DNA from: the human T2T-CHM13v2.0 reference genome, Homo sapiens
Length of the DNA stretch: 64,000 nucleotides
NCBI RefSeq assembly: GCF_009914755.1
Contig: NC_060929.1
Strand: one strand, 5' to 3'
A program made the translations under genes and the position numbers. The notes beneath the pieces are model-generated. The model was not told the origin of the DNA. It did no database searches and saw nothing but the letters and a program-made list of their open reading frames with translations. Positions 1 to 18,628 of this stretch are shown here, in pieces. Each line of letters starts with the position of its first letter. Within the stretch, counting starts at the first letter, position 1.

Positions 1-120
1 CAAGTGATATTCTCGACTCAGAATCCTGCCTGTAGCAGTTTTAAAGTTTGTTTGTTTTGTAATAAGAAATGAAGTACCATACTTATATATGTAATACATG
101 CTTAATAAAGGATGTATTCT

Positions 121-430
121 GGCCAGGTGCGGTGGCTCATTCCTCTAATCCAAGCACTTTGGGAGGTTGAGGCAGGCAGATTACCTGAGGCTGGTAGTTC
201 GAGACCAGCCTGACCAACATGGTGAGATCCTGTCTCTAGTGAAAATGTAAACATTAGCTGGGCGCGGTGGCACGTGCCTGTAGACCTAGCTACTCAGGAT
301 GCTGAGGCAGGAGAATTGCTTCAACCCAGGAGACCGAGTTTGCAGTGAGCTGAGGTTGTAGCACTGCACTTCAGCCTGGGCAACAGAGCGAGACTTTGTC
401 TCAAAAAACAACAACAAGAACAACAAAAAA
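121..430 (+). mobile_element. Alu (AluS-type), full length
   Basis: GGCCAGGTGCGGTGGCTCA start, dimeric Alu body, A/CAA-rich tail; ATGTATTCT on both flanks (TSD). Confidence 0.95.
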
Positions 431-1897
431 CCCATATGTATTCTATTGCTATTTTATAAAAGGTTTTACATTTCTTTCAGGAGCTTAATTTTGATTTGTA
501 TAAGAAATTCCTCCTTGATATTTGGAAGAGGCAAAATTTAAATAACTATTAGCTTGTTATCAGCATTGCTAATAACTATTGTAACACATCACTCCACTAA
601 ATATTAATACAAACATTGTTCACTATTATGTGCAACATTTTAAAAAGTGAAGTATAATGGTCTTTTCCTTTCAGAAGCATGCCTATAGTCACATAAATGT
701 GTACGTGTGTATATTAACACCTGAATATTCCACATAGTTCTTTACTTTAGATTTATTCTAAAAAAACCAATTTCCTAAAAAAAAGTGTATACATTTGAGC
801 ACATGCCTGAAATGATACACAAAACAAAATACTTGATAATAGGACCCTGTCACGTGTATGCATATGTTTGTTTTTCAAGGCCAGACACAGTGCTTTGCAC
901 TTGTAGGTGACTGGTGAATGCTTTTGAGAAAAACAAAACAAAACAAACAAGAAACCAAAAACTGGGGGAGGGAATCCAGTTGGTCAAGGGATCAGCTTGC
1001 ATGGAATAGGCATTTCATAAACGTGAGCAGCTTTTCTATACCACAGGTTTTTCAGTAGAGATATTTTTATGTTTCCTGTGGCCTTCCATAACACAATGAT
1101 GTGCAATTCCTTGAGAGTGACGTATTTGTAATATATTTCTGGATAAATATTCCCAAAGCCATATTACAGGGACCTACATGTCTTTTGTCTTTGTGTTTTC
1201 TCTGGAAAGGGGAGCATCCCCTGCTCTCTGACAGAAGGGAGAGGAATAAGTCTGATTTGTGAGAGCCTAGAATTCACTGTACATGTTTCTTGAGTGGAAG
1301 GGTTATCCATTTCCCCACCATGACACTTGATCATCTTTCCCTTCATTTCACAAGGGGAAGGTCCACAGTGCCCTCCCCTAGACTTCCTGCCTCTGTGTAC
1401 TGAACATAATTATATGGATGGGCTCTGGGCATGTTTTCCATAGGCAGAAATGGATCCTCTCATTTCCTCTTTGTGCCAACAGTTTGGTGACTGAGCTAGT
1501 CCGACAGAAGTGCTCTGGAGTGCAGCCCTGCTCTTTTCCATTTCATGGTGATTGGTGGGAAAAGCATAGAGGTAGGAGAGTTAATTACCTTTCCTCTTGT
1601 TCCAAGACACACTACCTAATTCAGCTTTAACAAATTTCCAACATTAGGGGCTGTTCACTTGCTAATATTGTGGTTGTTCACTTACTAATACAGTGGCTAA
1701 ATATTTTGAGAATTTTAAGTAATTGTATTTTGAATAGATTCTCTCCTTCACTTATATCCCAGAAGGGAGGCAGGGAAAACCTCAGTCTTGCTTCATCATC
1801 CAGACCCCTGGTCTTTAAAATAAACCAATGTAATATTCTGTAGAATATTACTATTGAAAGAAAGATTGGCATGTAGGCTAGAAGATAACATGTGGCA

Positions 1898-2263
<366 letters not shown>

Positions 2264-3674
2264 CTAGAGCTAACTCTGGCCCATGAGCATGATGGTGACT
2301 GGCATTTTGGTTGTGCACACCATTCTAGGCAGATACTGCTCCTTGGTGATATGAAAAATAATATATATTTGCTTATAGTCAGATTTCATCTTTGAACAGT
2401 GAAACCTACATTTGAGATTTTAGACATCAGTTATTTGAAGTTTCATTAAGGAGAGGAAAGAGAGATAGAATTCTGCTATGGATGAACTCTGTTTGTAGCT
2501 CCTTATTTCTTGTATCAAATAATCTGCTGTAAATATGGCAAAATATTAGTATTTATGAAATACAGTGATATTCGATGTTTTTTGATATTTCAAAATAATA
2601 ACGATACAAATGTCTGCTAAATCTCAACCAGATTTATCAAACTTGTCTGTATAACTTTCTTTTTGTCGCCATGAGTAACTTAACTGAGTACATAATTCGT
2701 ACTGCAACTAACAGTGAAAAATGTATCCTCAGGAGCTAGCAATCACATCTCATTTAAAATGCAAACACTGAGGAGTCCACGTCTCAATTTTCTCTGGGTT
2801 AAAATGAGTGCCTCAGAAATGCTAGTCTTCCTGAAGGATACAGGTATCAATAGGCCCAGCATCTGCTCTCCCTGACCTCCTCTGAGTTTTGCTGTCAGGC
2901 TTGGTCTTGGGTGTCTGACAGCCACACGCTTGCTGTACTTAGTCCTTAAGTGCTGAGTATTTGTTTCCTCAGAGCATGAGCGTCCTGCTTGGGAGCTACG
3001 TTGCTTCACCCTTCTGGTTCTTCTTCTTGCCTAGTCTGCCTTCTGTAACTCCTGTTGGTGATCTTGTAAATTATTTCCTTTGTTTCTCTATCATGCTAAG
3101 ATTTTTTGGGATTTCCATATTTCTCCGTGTGTATCCCTTTAGACATCTTCTTCAACTACAACTATGCTAAAATTAAGTTGCCATGAGAGTCCAGTGGCAT
3201 AACTGAGGGGAATATTCTCTAGAAAGATAATCTTCTGAGGCTATGCCCTGGGAGCAAATAACAAGCACACTTGGAGATTCCCTCAAACCTGATTATGGCA
3301 ATCACTTTCGTGGTTTGTCTTTAATGTGAGGGCTGCTTTTCAGCCCCTTTCTCTCCTCTTCTCACTGTTCTTATGCTTATCAAACCTCTTCTTTCTGCTT
3401 GCTAGATACAATCTAGTTTACTTTGGGGCAAGAGGAAGACTATTAACTATCATGTATCATTACCTAATTATGTAGACTCTTAAACATAGTATATAATTAT
3501 CTGTTCTATGTATACATTTATGCTCAGTCATCTAAGTTAATCTTGAGATTTCAATCCCTGCTTTTGGAATTTCTAGAAAAGCCTTTTCTCCCTCAACAAT
3601 TTTCAGCAATTGTAAATCAATTAACACTAGCTTTTAGGGTATTGCCCAAGAGTAGGTACAATAGTATCAAACGA

Positions 3675-4425
3675 AAAGGGCTTTCATGCACTATTGGTGT
3701 GAATGTAAATTAGGAAAGCCACTATGAAAAACAGTATAAAGATTTCTGAAAACACTAAAAATAGAACTTCCATATAATCCAGCAATGTCACTACTGGGTA
3801 TGTATCCAAAGGAAAATAAATTAGCCTATCAAAGGGATATCTGTCCTCCCATGTTTATTATTTCATTATTTACAACAGCAAGCATATGGAATCAACTTAA
3901 GAATCTATCATTGAATAAATGAATAAAGGAAATGTGGCAAGTATACATAATGGAAGAGCATCTGTAAAAAATAATGAAATCATGTCATTTGCAACAAGGA
4001 TGGAGCCAGAAGTCACTGTGTTAAATGAAATAAGCCAGGCACAGAAAGGAAAATATTGCATGTTCTCATTGATGGGAGCTTAAAAAGTTGATCTCGTGGA
4101 AGTAGGGAGTAGAATGACAGAAACCAGAGCCTGGGAAGAGTATATAGAGGTGGAAGATGAGAAGAGGGTACAAACATACAGTTGGAAGATACAAGTTCTA
4201 ATGTTTGATAGCTGAGTGGGTGAATATAGTTAACAACAATACACTGTATATTTCATAATAGCTAGAACAGAGAACTTGAAATGTTCCCAACATATAGAAA
4301 TGATAAATATCAAAGTGATGGGATACCCCAAATACCCTGACTTGATAATTATGTATTCTATGCATGTATCAAACTATCATTTTTTATCCCATATATATGT
4401 ACAAATATTATATATCAAAATATTT
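3675..4425 (+). mobile_element. L1 3' fragment (L1MA-type ORF2 end + 3'UTR)
   Basis: GGTGTGAATGTAAATTAG...ACTATGAAAAACAGTAT...CCATATAATCCAGCAAT...GGATACCCCAAATACCCTGACTTGAT match the old L1 3' end. Confidence 0.88.
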
Positions 4426-4479
4426 TAAAGTCATAGTTGTTATAAATGCATACCATATGCCTGTTGCTGTTAAAGAATT

Positions 4480-4665
4480 TTGTTTGCATTAATAATCACT
4501 AGAATAATCTTATGCAGTCCACAAAATCATAATAACCCATATTGCACAGATAAGAAATCTGAGATAGAAGAAGGGCAAATGACTTGTCCAACTAAAAGTG
4601 TGTAGAAAAGATTTGAACTAAGTAAGCTGGCTCCATGTCAATTGTTCTTAGGACTATAATTACAT
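4480..4665 (-). mobile_element. MIR SINE fragment
   Basis: CCCATATTGCACAGATAAGAAATCTGAG...GACTTGTCCAA is the reverse complement of the MIR core. Confidence 0.7.
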
Positions 4666-5145
4666 TGCTTCTCCCTCAAACTCTATTTAGAAATTAAAGA
4701 TTGTTCTACTTTGTATTTCTAAAAGGACATCTTATTGTAAACTCACATACTCTGGAGCAAAACTGCAAAGACAGGTGCAGTTTTTAAAACATAGTTGAGA
4801 AAATATCACTTTGTTCGAACATGGCTAAATATTTTCTGCAGCACTGCCTTTTGCCAGAAAATTCACTCATAATTGAATTCCATTCTGATTCGATCTTGTG
4901 CTTTTTGTAAACACAATAGACAAGGAAATGGGTACTGTTCATTCAGAATTGGGATGTATTTTTCTCTACTCCTGGCATTATACATTTGAACTCACTTTTT
5001 TTGTGGTTTGTGTGCTTTTGTGATGCAATTCTCTATGTGGAGAGAATTCTTTGTAGAGTTAAGGCTGAGATTAGTAAAACAAGAAAAAAAAAAAGAGACA
5101 ACTGACAAGATGCAGACGTATCTTGTCAGTATGTTCAAAGTATGG

Positions 5146-5506
5146 TGTATTACTCTGTTCTCACACTGCTATGTAGAAATACCCGAGACTGGGTAATTTA
5201 TAAAGAAATTAGGTTTAACTGACTTACAGTTTCTCATGGCTGGGGAGGCCTCAGGAAACGTACAATCATGGCAGAGGCACCTCTTCACAGGGCAGTAGGA
5301 GAGAGAATGAGTGCCAGCAGGAGAAATGCCAGACACTTACAAAACCATCAGATCTCGTGAGAACTCACTCAGTTTCATGAGAACAGCATGGGGGAAACCA
5401 TCACCATGATTCAATTACCTCTACAGGGTCTTTCCCACAACACATGAGGACAATGGGGATTACAATTCAATATGAGATTTAGGTGGGGACACAGCCAAAC
5501 CGTTAA
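5146..5506 (-). mobile_element. THE1 (THE1C-like) MaLR solo LTR
   Basis: CCCGAGACTGGGTAATTTATAAAG...AAACCATCAGATCTCGTGAGAACTCACTC...GGTGGGGACACAGCCAAAC; 5-bp TSD TATGG/TACGG. Confidence 0.93.
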
Positions 5507-5639
5507 TACGGGATTTGAACTTTGAAGGCTAGAATCAACTTGAATTGTGAGGAATGCCGTCTATTTGTTCTACTCAGACTTCAAATTTGGTCATATTTTT
5601 TGGGGACAGAAGTTCTCTCTCTTTTGGATAGTGAAGCTA

Positions 5640-5898
5640 GGGGAAGGAATGCTACTAAGAATATGTCTTATTACATAAGAAAGGCCAGCCAGAGGACATG
5701 CTGATAGGTAGGGGAGAAAATATGAGTGAATCAGAGAAACAAGGCAATATTCTGATGGTATCATGAACCTCTGGAACAAAAACCATGCCTTTATCTCTAA
5801 ATGGTTTGGATACATGAAAGCCAGTGACTTCCTTGTACTATTTAATCCAGTTTAAGTTGTATTTTCTCTTACCTCTCCATAAAAATATTCTAACTGAT
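5640..5898 (+). mobile_element. Old MLT1 (J/K-like) LTR 3' fragment
   Basis: TTTAATCCAGTTTAAGTTGTATTTTCT...TTCTAACTGAT resembles the MLT1 3' terminus. Confidence 0.55.
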
Positions 5899-6289
5899 GA
5901 GGCTGACACACACAAAAAACTCAAGTTTATAAGCAACAACAGTATCTAACAGACCAAGTAGATATTGACAAACCAATCAAAAAAAGAAACAGAGACAAAT
6001 GTATGCAAGTGAGTGTAAATAAAATGGCTAGCACCTTCTCTGTGATTCCATCCCAGTGGTGCACATTAAATGTATTTGCAAATACATGACAGTTGCATAT
6101 GAGTGAGGAAGTACGTGTGAATTGATAGAATGTGTGTTAATGCATGTGTGTGCAACAGAAGCGGCCATGGAACATAAATCAATGATTAGAGTTCTTGGAA
6201 ATAGTAAGATTTTGTTCATTGAGAATTTGTACCAAATGCTCTTGCCTGTTATTGTTTATCTTTACAGGTGATTATCAAGGATGTGAAAG

Positions 6290-6930
6290 GGCTAGAGTTT
6301 GATATTGGGAATGGAATAGAATATTGAAACAAATGAAAAAGACATAGTGGGAACTCAGTCATTTACAGAGCAGAGAAGAGATGTCTATGAGGATAATGTT
6401 AATACGAAATTTAAGAAATTCTTGCATTTTAAAGTACTTGTGAGACATCTATATTCCAAATTCTGATAGTATTAAAGTTCCATTCTGATCCCAGGTAAGA
6501 TAAAACAAACTTCGTCAACATCAGTATGATTGCCGAAAGGAGATACAATTGAGATGGCAAGGAAGAGAAGTTGGAGACAATGCTATAAATAAAACCCTGG
6601 GAAATAGCTGTGTTACTATGCATTAGGAACAAGAAAAACTTGCCAAGTTGATGAAGAACAGAGAACAAAAGGAGAAAAGTTAATAAAACTCACAGACATG
6701 AACAGTCAGATATTGGATTCTAAAAAAAGTATAATTAAGGTGAGAATAGGAAAGAAGACATTGGATTTGTTAATTAATGGGACATTGGTGACTATTTGAG
6801 AGCAGCTTCAGTAAAGTAGTAAATGAATAGTTCAATTCTACACATGTAAATGACACGAGAGAATAGACCAAATATAGGAGCAGAGGCACTGAGCACAACT
6901 CTGTTTTCTAAAAGTGTATAAATGACAGGA
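6290..6930 (-). mobile_element. L2 LINE fragment
   Basis: CATTGGATTTG...GACATTGGTGACTATTTGAGAGCAGCTTCAGT matches antisense L2. Confidence 0.6.
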
Positions 6931-9199
6931 TGGCATGAGAGAGCCTAGACAGTGTAGATGGTGAAGCTAGGTTTCACATTAAGAGTAAGCAATGAAGAGA
7001 AGACTGAAAATAAAATGAAGAAGAGATGATCATTATATTCTAGAGAAGGGTAAGGAGTACAGTAAAAATTCAGGGGAAGCACTAACAGCTGCTAATAATA
7101 ATAACAGCATGATCAACATCAGGAACAACACTTTCAAACAACCAACAACTGCAAAAATTTATTCTTTCTTTTCCTTCCAGAAGACTAAATATTGGTAGTG
7201 ATACAGAAAGTATTTTGTTCCAGGATATTACATATTTTTAAACTTCTGATCTTATAAAAAGTTGAAATTTACTTTAAAAAGTCAATTACATTATCAAGGT
7301 ATATTTAAAATTTGTATGTTAAATAACACATATCTGAAATACATATGGAGTAATAAATTATGTTACTAATTAGTATGATTTATAGAAATAGTTTAACAGA
7401 CTCTTACAACTAAATGAAATATTATTAAGGATTTATTGTTGTGCTGACCGACATATCAAATTATGGATATTGTTGTGTTTATGCAATCTGAGTGAATGAA
7501 ATATATACTGATCATAATTTCTTTTTTCTGAGAAACTATAAGGTTTGTAATACTTTGAGTCACATTTTAATTCCATTCCAGTTTTGCATTAATGTAAATT
7601 AAAATACAGTCATCGCAACGCTCTGTAAGACAATAAAATGCAGAGTACAATGTATTTGAAAAACTAAAGCTTGAAGCAGTAATTTAAAATATCAGTTGTT
7701 ATCTTAACTAAGGTGACAAACTATGTGCTGACCAATAGATTTACTATTTTGTTCTGCTCTTTAAATTTTTAATCTGTAATTGTAGTTCCACATCTGCTAA
7801 TACAGAGGTAAGAATGCAGTGGTTTCAGTCACACATACAGAAGAATTAAATTACTGCCCTTGAAAAGTCTAGTTTTCTAATTTCTAATATATTTCTGTAT
7901 TGATTGTTCTGAAGGGGAGGCAGCTTTCCCATTTCCTAATCATGCTTAGAAATCTATAAACATTTAAAAATCTTCTAAATTGGGTACTTTGAGTTTCCTC
8001 GCCATTTTCATTTTCAGTGACTAATGAATATCAAGGATAAGGAAATTATTTCCTTGTAATTACTGAAAGTAAACTGACTTATTAGGCCATGACTTATATA
8101 ATATAGGAATACAATGTGCAGTACATGATTTCCATTGTTATTTCAGATTGGGAAGTTCTTTATCGGAAAATCAATAAAATCTTGCAGCCTTGCCGTGCTG
8201 TTTGAATCTCAGTTCTCTGCAGCTAAATAAATTATGTATTAGAATCACACAATTATGTCTCAGATAATGTTTACAACTAACAAATTATTTACATAGTTTT
8301 AAATAAATACATATTGAATAAGAATGAGTGAGAATTTACTGTTCTTCTGATCACCAAATTGTCTTTGTATGAGTCACAGCCACCTTACATTTTACTTTTC
8401 CCTAATCCTAGCTATGGACAGACAATCTGATTATCACAAGTTTTATTTTCACTGCAAGGAGTGTTGCGTCATCAGAGACTCTAATCTTAATATAATTTTT
8501 TCCTTGATTATATCCCATGTGAGACATGCAGTTTGGTTTTTAGAGTTTGTGCATCTTGGCTCAGTTCTTCCATCATGCCTGCCACATAGACAGATCATAA
8601 ACAAGGCTTATCATTCTAGCAAACTTAAGATCTTAATGGTTTTTTACCACTTACTTAATGGAAATAGGAATGTGTTCTACTTTCATCACCCTCATAAAAT
8701 GATCAGTAAATATCTCAATAAACATTCTGAAATTATGGCCTTGTTGCAGGAAAAGGAGAGGGATAATATGAAATGGATAATGTCAGAATTGAAGATCGCC
8801 TGGCAACATTTTATAGACTTCAAAACATAAGAACTGGTAGATCAAAATAAATGAAAAATGGAAATAGTTTAACAAGATTATTTGATGCAGTAACTATATG
8901 GTTCAATATGACCATTGTGTATAATGTAGCAGTAGGTCCCAACATTTTTAAATACAATTTAAATGTGAATATATTATTCAATATATAAGTATGTATCATC
9001 TCCTATGATTCTAAAAGATTAAAGAGTGGTAAATAAGGCTGCCCTTAATTTTTATAATGTCATTAATTTTAATATATAGTCAATTATATATATAAAAAAG
9101 GACTCATTTACTCAAGTTTAAGATTTCTCTTCATGGCCAAATGTGCTTCCTTCACTTAGATTTTAGAAGGTTCAATAAGCTTAACTAAGTTTTCAAGAT

Positions 9200-9630
9200 T
9201 TAGCCTTTGGGGTATGGCTATAAAATGGAAAGCAACAAGAAGCAAGAGCTGTTGCAGGAAATCAGCTGCCAAGAGGCTATGACAGTCATTCAGTTGAGAC
9301 AAATCAATAGTTTCAGCCATGGTAATGGCATAAGGATAGAGAGAAGTGAGAAGGCTTTATAAATATTTATGTGATGAATTTGGCATTCACTCTAATGTAA
9401 TGACTTTTTCACCACTGTACCAAAAACAACATTAGCTAACACATATTTATTGAATGAATCAATGAATCAATAAATAGATAATTAAGTGGCTGAATGGATG
9501 TGGTATGACAAGGGAAAGAAAAACCTGAGAATAATTTTCTAATTTCTGGCTCAAATAACTGTCTATAGTTAGTACCATTTACTGAAATAGAAATAGTAGG
9601 CATTTGCAGAAAAGCAAGGCGGTGATGGCT
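9200..9630 (-). mobile_element. L2 LINE fragment(s)
   Basis: GGATAGAGAGAAGTG...TTTCTGGCTCAAATAACTG...GTACCATTTACTGAAATAG is antisense L2; a TGAATGAA-type L2 tail lies inside it. Confidence 0.6.
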
Positions 9631-9759
9631 GAAAGTTTTACTATTTCCTTATTTAATTTTCCATACTTTTGGCTAATGGTATTTCTGAATTTCAAATATT
9701 TTATTTATTTTCTTTACTTACTTTTTATTCCTTTGTTATTATTATTCTATTTACTTACT

Positions 9760-10096
9760 TTTTATTTTATTTATGTATTTATTTATGTATTTATTTATTT
9801 ATTTATTATTTTTGAGACAGAGTCTAACTTTGTTGCCCAGGCTGGAGTACAGTGGTGCAATCTCTGTTCACTGCAACCTCTGTCTGTCAGGTTCAAGTGA
9901 ATCTCCTGCCTTAGCCTCCTGAGTAGCTAGGATTACAGGTGCCCACTAAGACGTCCAGCTAATTTTTGTATCTTTTAATAGAGATGGGGTTTCATCGTGT
10001 TGGTCAGGCTGGTCTTGAAATCCTGACCTCAAGTGATCTGCCTGCCTTGGCCTCCCAAAGCATTGGGATTACAGGCATGAGCTGCCACGCCCAGCC
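9760..10096 (-). mobile_element. Alu (AluS-type), antisense, (ATTT)n tail
   Basis: TTTTTGAGACAGAGTCT...CCCAAAGCATTGGGATTACAGGCATGAGC...CCCAGCC. Confidence 0.95.
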
Positions 10097-11229
10097 TACT
10101 TACTTTCTAATTGCCAATACATTTAAAGTACATTCCTCCAGTTGGCATATAAGGATGCCACGCTGGCATCTGCCGGCATCTCTGCCTCATCTTTTATCTT
10201 TCCCTCTTTTAGAATGATTTCCCTAAGTATATCATGATGTTTTCTTTCTCATCGTTAAATATGCTCCTCCATCCTCTTGGAATACCACAGATTCCAAACA
10301 ATCTGATAAATATCTACATATTTTCAAGATCACTCTAAAGTTTTTCCCAAAAGCTTTTTCTACATTTCCCAATATTAACTGTTAAATTTTCTCCTTTGTA
10401 AAGTATTTTCTAGCAACCTTCATGAACATAATTTAGAGTCCATGTAAAACCATGATTTCATAGAATACTGGCTTTTCAAACTTACACTGACTAAATATGT
10501 CAAAGTTAGATGAGTCATATAATTCAGAAACTTAAATTTACTATGCCATTATATAGCAAAACCATTGATTGAACGGTTGTGTTAAGTAGGGAACATATAA
10601 AAATAGAGTAAAACTGGAAAGTGGATACACATCAGGATAATAACACATATTAGGTAAAGGGCTAAATTCAAAATACATTAATCGAGGTGCATTAAAACTT
10701 CTGCTAGATTACTGAGCAAAGAATTCACAAATGTTAGTTATCAGTTGATCTAAAAAGACATTATTTCACTGCACTACCTATGTCCTCGGCTGAAGTCAGC
10801 TCAGCACTACTATTTTCTAGCCTCTTTGCAACACAGTATGTAACGGTAATGGTGGCAACAGGAAGGCAGCAAGTGCCAAACAGTAATCATTATCACCACC
10901 AAACCAAAAAGGAAAGGCATTAAATAGAATGAACATAGGATGAGAAGAAAGACTTCAAGGGACTTTGCTCAAGACCCAGTCTGAATTGCACATAGCGAAC
11001 AATCCATAAATATCACAAATCATTGGCACTACTGCTCCGGAATGTTTTTCTGGGTAAACTCATTTATTCTGTTCATATTTTTGTGTGTATTGACATTCAA
11101 AAGACGTTCAATATGTTTAAAAAACTAGAGCAGAAAGCATTTTTTCTAAAATAAAACATTTAATTAAAGTGAAAAATAGGAAACTTTTATCTTCGCTTCT
11201 GCCTTTCCTCATTCCCTAGAGATTGCCAC

Positions 11230-14072
<2,843 letters not shown>

Positions 14073-14454
14073 GTTTAGGTATCAGATGTTATTCCAGCCA
14101 CTGTGAATATCGTATGAACAAACCATCTTTAATATGTGCATATTTTCTAACGAATTCTAATTTATGGAATAGTTTTTTCATGTAACCTTAAATAAAGAAA
14201 ACTTGACATGTGTTATCTTCTATGAGACCTTAATAATAATGACAATAATTAGCAGAAGTGTCTCATGTTAAATTTCATGGACATGAGGTTCAAGAGGTCT
14301 GGGTTTATGAAGTTTTCTAATAATAGTGGATTATGAATGATTAGGAATAGGTTTTTAAATTATTTGTATTCCATATATAGTTTATTCTTTTCCAAATGAG
14401 ATATTGCCTTTATTTTTATAAAGCTTCATGATTATTTAAATAAAGGAGATTAGT

Positions 14455-14641
14455 GTTAATTATGGACTTTGGGACAATGTAGATCCGTAGACTGTAACAA
14501 ATGTACCACCTTGTGCCTGATGTACATAGTGGAGGAAGTTCGCATGTGTGAAACAAAGGGAATGTGGGAACTCCCTGTACTTTCCATTCAATTTTGTTGT
14601 GAACCTAAATCTGCTCTAAAAAAATAAAGTTTACTAATTAA
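14455..14641 (+). mobile_element. L1MC-type 3' end
   Basis: TATGGACTTTGGG...TGTAACAAATGTACCAC...GGGAACTCCCTGTACTTTCC...GAACCTAAATCTGCTCTAAAAAAATAAAGT. Confidence 0.85.
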
Positions 14642-15059
14642 CACAATGAAAAGATTTAAGTTAATACAATCATGAATTCAACTTGCCAATGATTATGTTT
14701 GGCAGTTATATACCACATCTGCCTGGGAATCACCAGAACTGAAAGACGGGCAGTGTATGTATTCAACAGCGTGCTATGTTTGATTCAATGACGATGCCTG
14801 AGTTACTTGTTATTACCATATATTAATGTACTATATTACTCTGTACCATTTTATTCTACAAAACAGGAATCATCACAATGCCAGATCTTTGATAAATACA
14901 TGCATCCCTCATAAACAAGTTTTGTGTGTTGCTTTTCAGTTTTTACTATTTGTACCATCCTTTAGATGTATTTTTATTTTAACTGAGGTACATACTATTT
15001 TAAAAGTAGTAATGGCATTGGTTGAATAGTTGATATATTTTAAGCATCATAAGCAGTAC

Positions 15060-15245
15060 ATTACTTTATTTAACCTATACAATAATCCATACAATGGTTA
15101 TGAGTAGACATTAATATTACAGTTTTACAGTAAGGAATATAAACATGAATGTACTAAGTAGTTTTCTTAAGGTTCTATAAATGATGAGTTTTAAAGATGA
15201 GATTCAAACATAGCACTATCTAGTGTCAAAAGCTGTTCCTGCTGT
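15060..15245 (-). mobile_element. MIR fragment
   Basis: TTTTACAGTAAGGAA...AAGGTT...GAGATTCAAAC is a diverged antisense MIR. Confidence 0.5.
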
Positions 15246-15319
15246 TAATGTTTTGTTCTACTTAATACAACTTAATGAAGATATTTGTTAAAAAACAAAA
15301 ACAAAAAATTAAAAAATGC

Positions 15320-16387
<1,068 letters not shown>

Positions 16388-16489
16388 TCATTAATAATTG
16401 TTATTCATTTTTGGAGACTCTACTTCCACTAGGTGCTCCAATCACTTCCTCTAAGCTGTCACTGTCTCTAGCTTACTAAGTTCCCAGAA

Positions 16490-16940
16490 GTTTCCTTCTC
16501 CTCACCTGGCCGAAAGAAACATACACATGGGACCCTGCTCCCGGCCTATGCTGGCCACTTAGTTCTCAGTCTTGGAATTTAAGAATCAGCTCTTACAGAC
16601 TATAGTCAAATTGATTAATTTTAGACAGAAAAATCATAGGGTTGGAAATACCATTCTACACATGAAAAAGTTGACCTGCAGAGAAAAATAAAAGACTAAA
16701 ATGAATGTCTAAAAAGAAATAGTGATTGACCTTAATTCACAAGATGAGAAAGGAAGTCCTAGAAGGCAGCCGCTATGGAGACTCCTGGTGGATTTTGAGA
16801 CCATTTGCCATTTATTGGGGGTCAGTGTTTGCTCTTTGCTGCTGCAAGATATCCTTTTATTAGGCTAATAAATTCTGCCTTTTTATTTCAGCTAAGAATG
16901 TGAATTCATTTATTTGCAACCAAATAACCTCTAAGACTCA
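16490..16940 (+). mobile_element. Old MLT1 LTR fragment
   Basis: AATAAATTCTGCCTTTT...TTTGCAACCAAATAACCTCTAAGACT resembles the MLT1 3' end. Confidence 0.5.
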
Positions 16941-17319
16941 AACATTTATACAGAGGTGCGTTTCTTGGCTTTTTCTTTTCATTTATTGTGCTGTCTGCTT
17001 ATTTTTACAGCAGAACCACATTACTTTAAATAGCATAACTTCCCAGTATATTTGAATAGCTAGCAGAAGCCATCATTGTAATTTTTCTTGTATTTGATTA
17101 TATGTGTTTATTTATTTCCAGAAAAAACTTGAGTATCATTTCATCTTGTTATAACAAAATCCATTAAAATTCTAATTATACTAAAATTCAATGTTTAAAA
17201 TAATTCAGTATGACTGCACATTTTTCTAATATACAATTTTTATATAAGATAATAAAAATGTGTCTCAATTATTTTCATATTGTAGTTTTTTATTGTGTAA
17301 GAATTTATGCATTATTTAT

Positions 17320-17560
17320 GCATGATTCATTGTACAATTCAAAAAGCATTTGCTGATTTTTTTTTATGTTCCAGGCATTAAGCAGTACAGTGAAATGAGA
17401 AAAATCACTAAATAAAATGACCCTGGAGAGAAAGAGACAGACATCATTATAGCCTTCTTAGATTAAGTGTTTTGGTATTTATAACAAGAGCAACAAAAGC
17501 CATTGATAGGCATTAAGCAGAGATGTAAATGATCAAATTTGTATAAGATCATGAATATTC
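17320..17560 (-). mobile_element. L2 fragment within decayed antisense L1M sequence
   Basis: CATTTGCTGA...TATGTTCCAGGCATT and AAAGCCATTGATAGG...TAAGCAG are antisense L2 motifs. Confidence 0.5.
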
Positions 17561-18229
17561 ATACGTTGGTAGCTTTATTTGTGCTATTATAAATTCAACT
17601 GATTAGCTTTGACATATAGGAAAGCCATTGATTTTGCAGGGTATGTATGTCTGTATATTTGTGGTAATCATAAGTTCTAAAAGTTTTTAAATATTTTTAT
17701 TTGAACAGTCTAGGTAAATAATACTGTCAATTTATATAATAATTATACCATCTACTTACATAACAATTCTTATTGGTTTTCATTTTCTCTAAGATTGCAA
17801 CTAGTTTTCCCCTGTTCTAACACACAGGTCTCTTTCTTGCCCATTACATTAGAGAGGGTTCAGTCAGGGGAAAATAACATGCTTTGGGTATTTCAAAGAG
17901 AAAGATACTTAATACAGAATATTAGAGGCTTGCATAAAAATGGAAAGGTTTGGATTGCTGAAGACCAGGTATACCACTTGGAAGACATTTAGATGTGTCT
18001 GCAGTCATTCAAGTTGTCACAATAGTTTCAGGAGTCTGAAAAACTAGACCAAATGTTTCTCAGAAGAACACCATAAGATGTGCCAACTATTGATCTCAAC
18101 TACTCTCTGTCTCTGTGACATAATTCTCAACTGCCATTTGGGAAAAATTCTCAGCTTGCTTTCAATCCATGCAATTTAAATAAACACCAAATCTCAAATT
18201 CTGGTTGTAGAAGTAAGGATGTTATCCAT

Positions 18230-18628
18230 AACAGACCTCAAAACTGCATTCTACTGACCACAATGATTGGTTGAGGTTTCAGCATAGTAAGCATAGTACC
18301 AGGCAAGGCCAGTGACTAATCTACAGTTTTGCTGAGATGAATTATTTTCACTGAAGTTATTCATTTAACAGAAGGTAGTTAATATACCGATACTGGCCAT
18401 CATGGTCATTACATTTGAAAAAAAAAAAAGCCTGAAAATAAAATACCAACATAAAGAAAAAACTGAACAATTTGATGAGTCAGATCTTGAAGACTTTTTT
18501 TGAATAATTGATTCCAGTGATTTCTAGGACCAAGTTTAGAGTTGAATTTCTTAATTATATTATCCAGTTTTGCTAAAGCCAATTGAGTTGAATTTCTTCA
18601 CTTCTACTGAAAGAATCCTAATTCAATA
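18230..18628 (+). mobile_element. MLT1 (J/K-like) LTR
   Basis: TGATTGGTTGAGG...GGCCATC...TTTTGCTAAAGCCAATTGAGTTGAATTTCT...GAAAGAATCCTAATTCAATA. Confidence 0.6.

Noticed and set aside
2891-2922. Small hairpin GCTGTCAGGC...GTCTGACAGC
   Set aside because: A 10-bp stem is too short for a pre-miRNA and is expected by chance in 64 kb.
8369-8830. Longest ORF (153 aa)
   Set aside because: No recognisable domain; AT-rich composition with no coding-like bias or clear splice context; consistent with chance.
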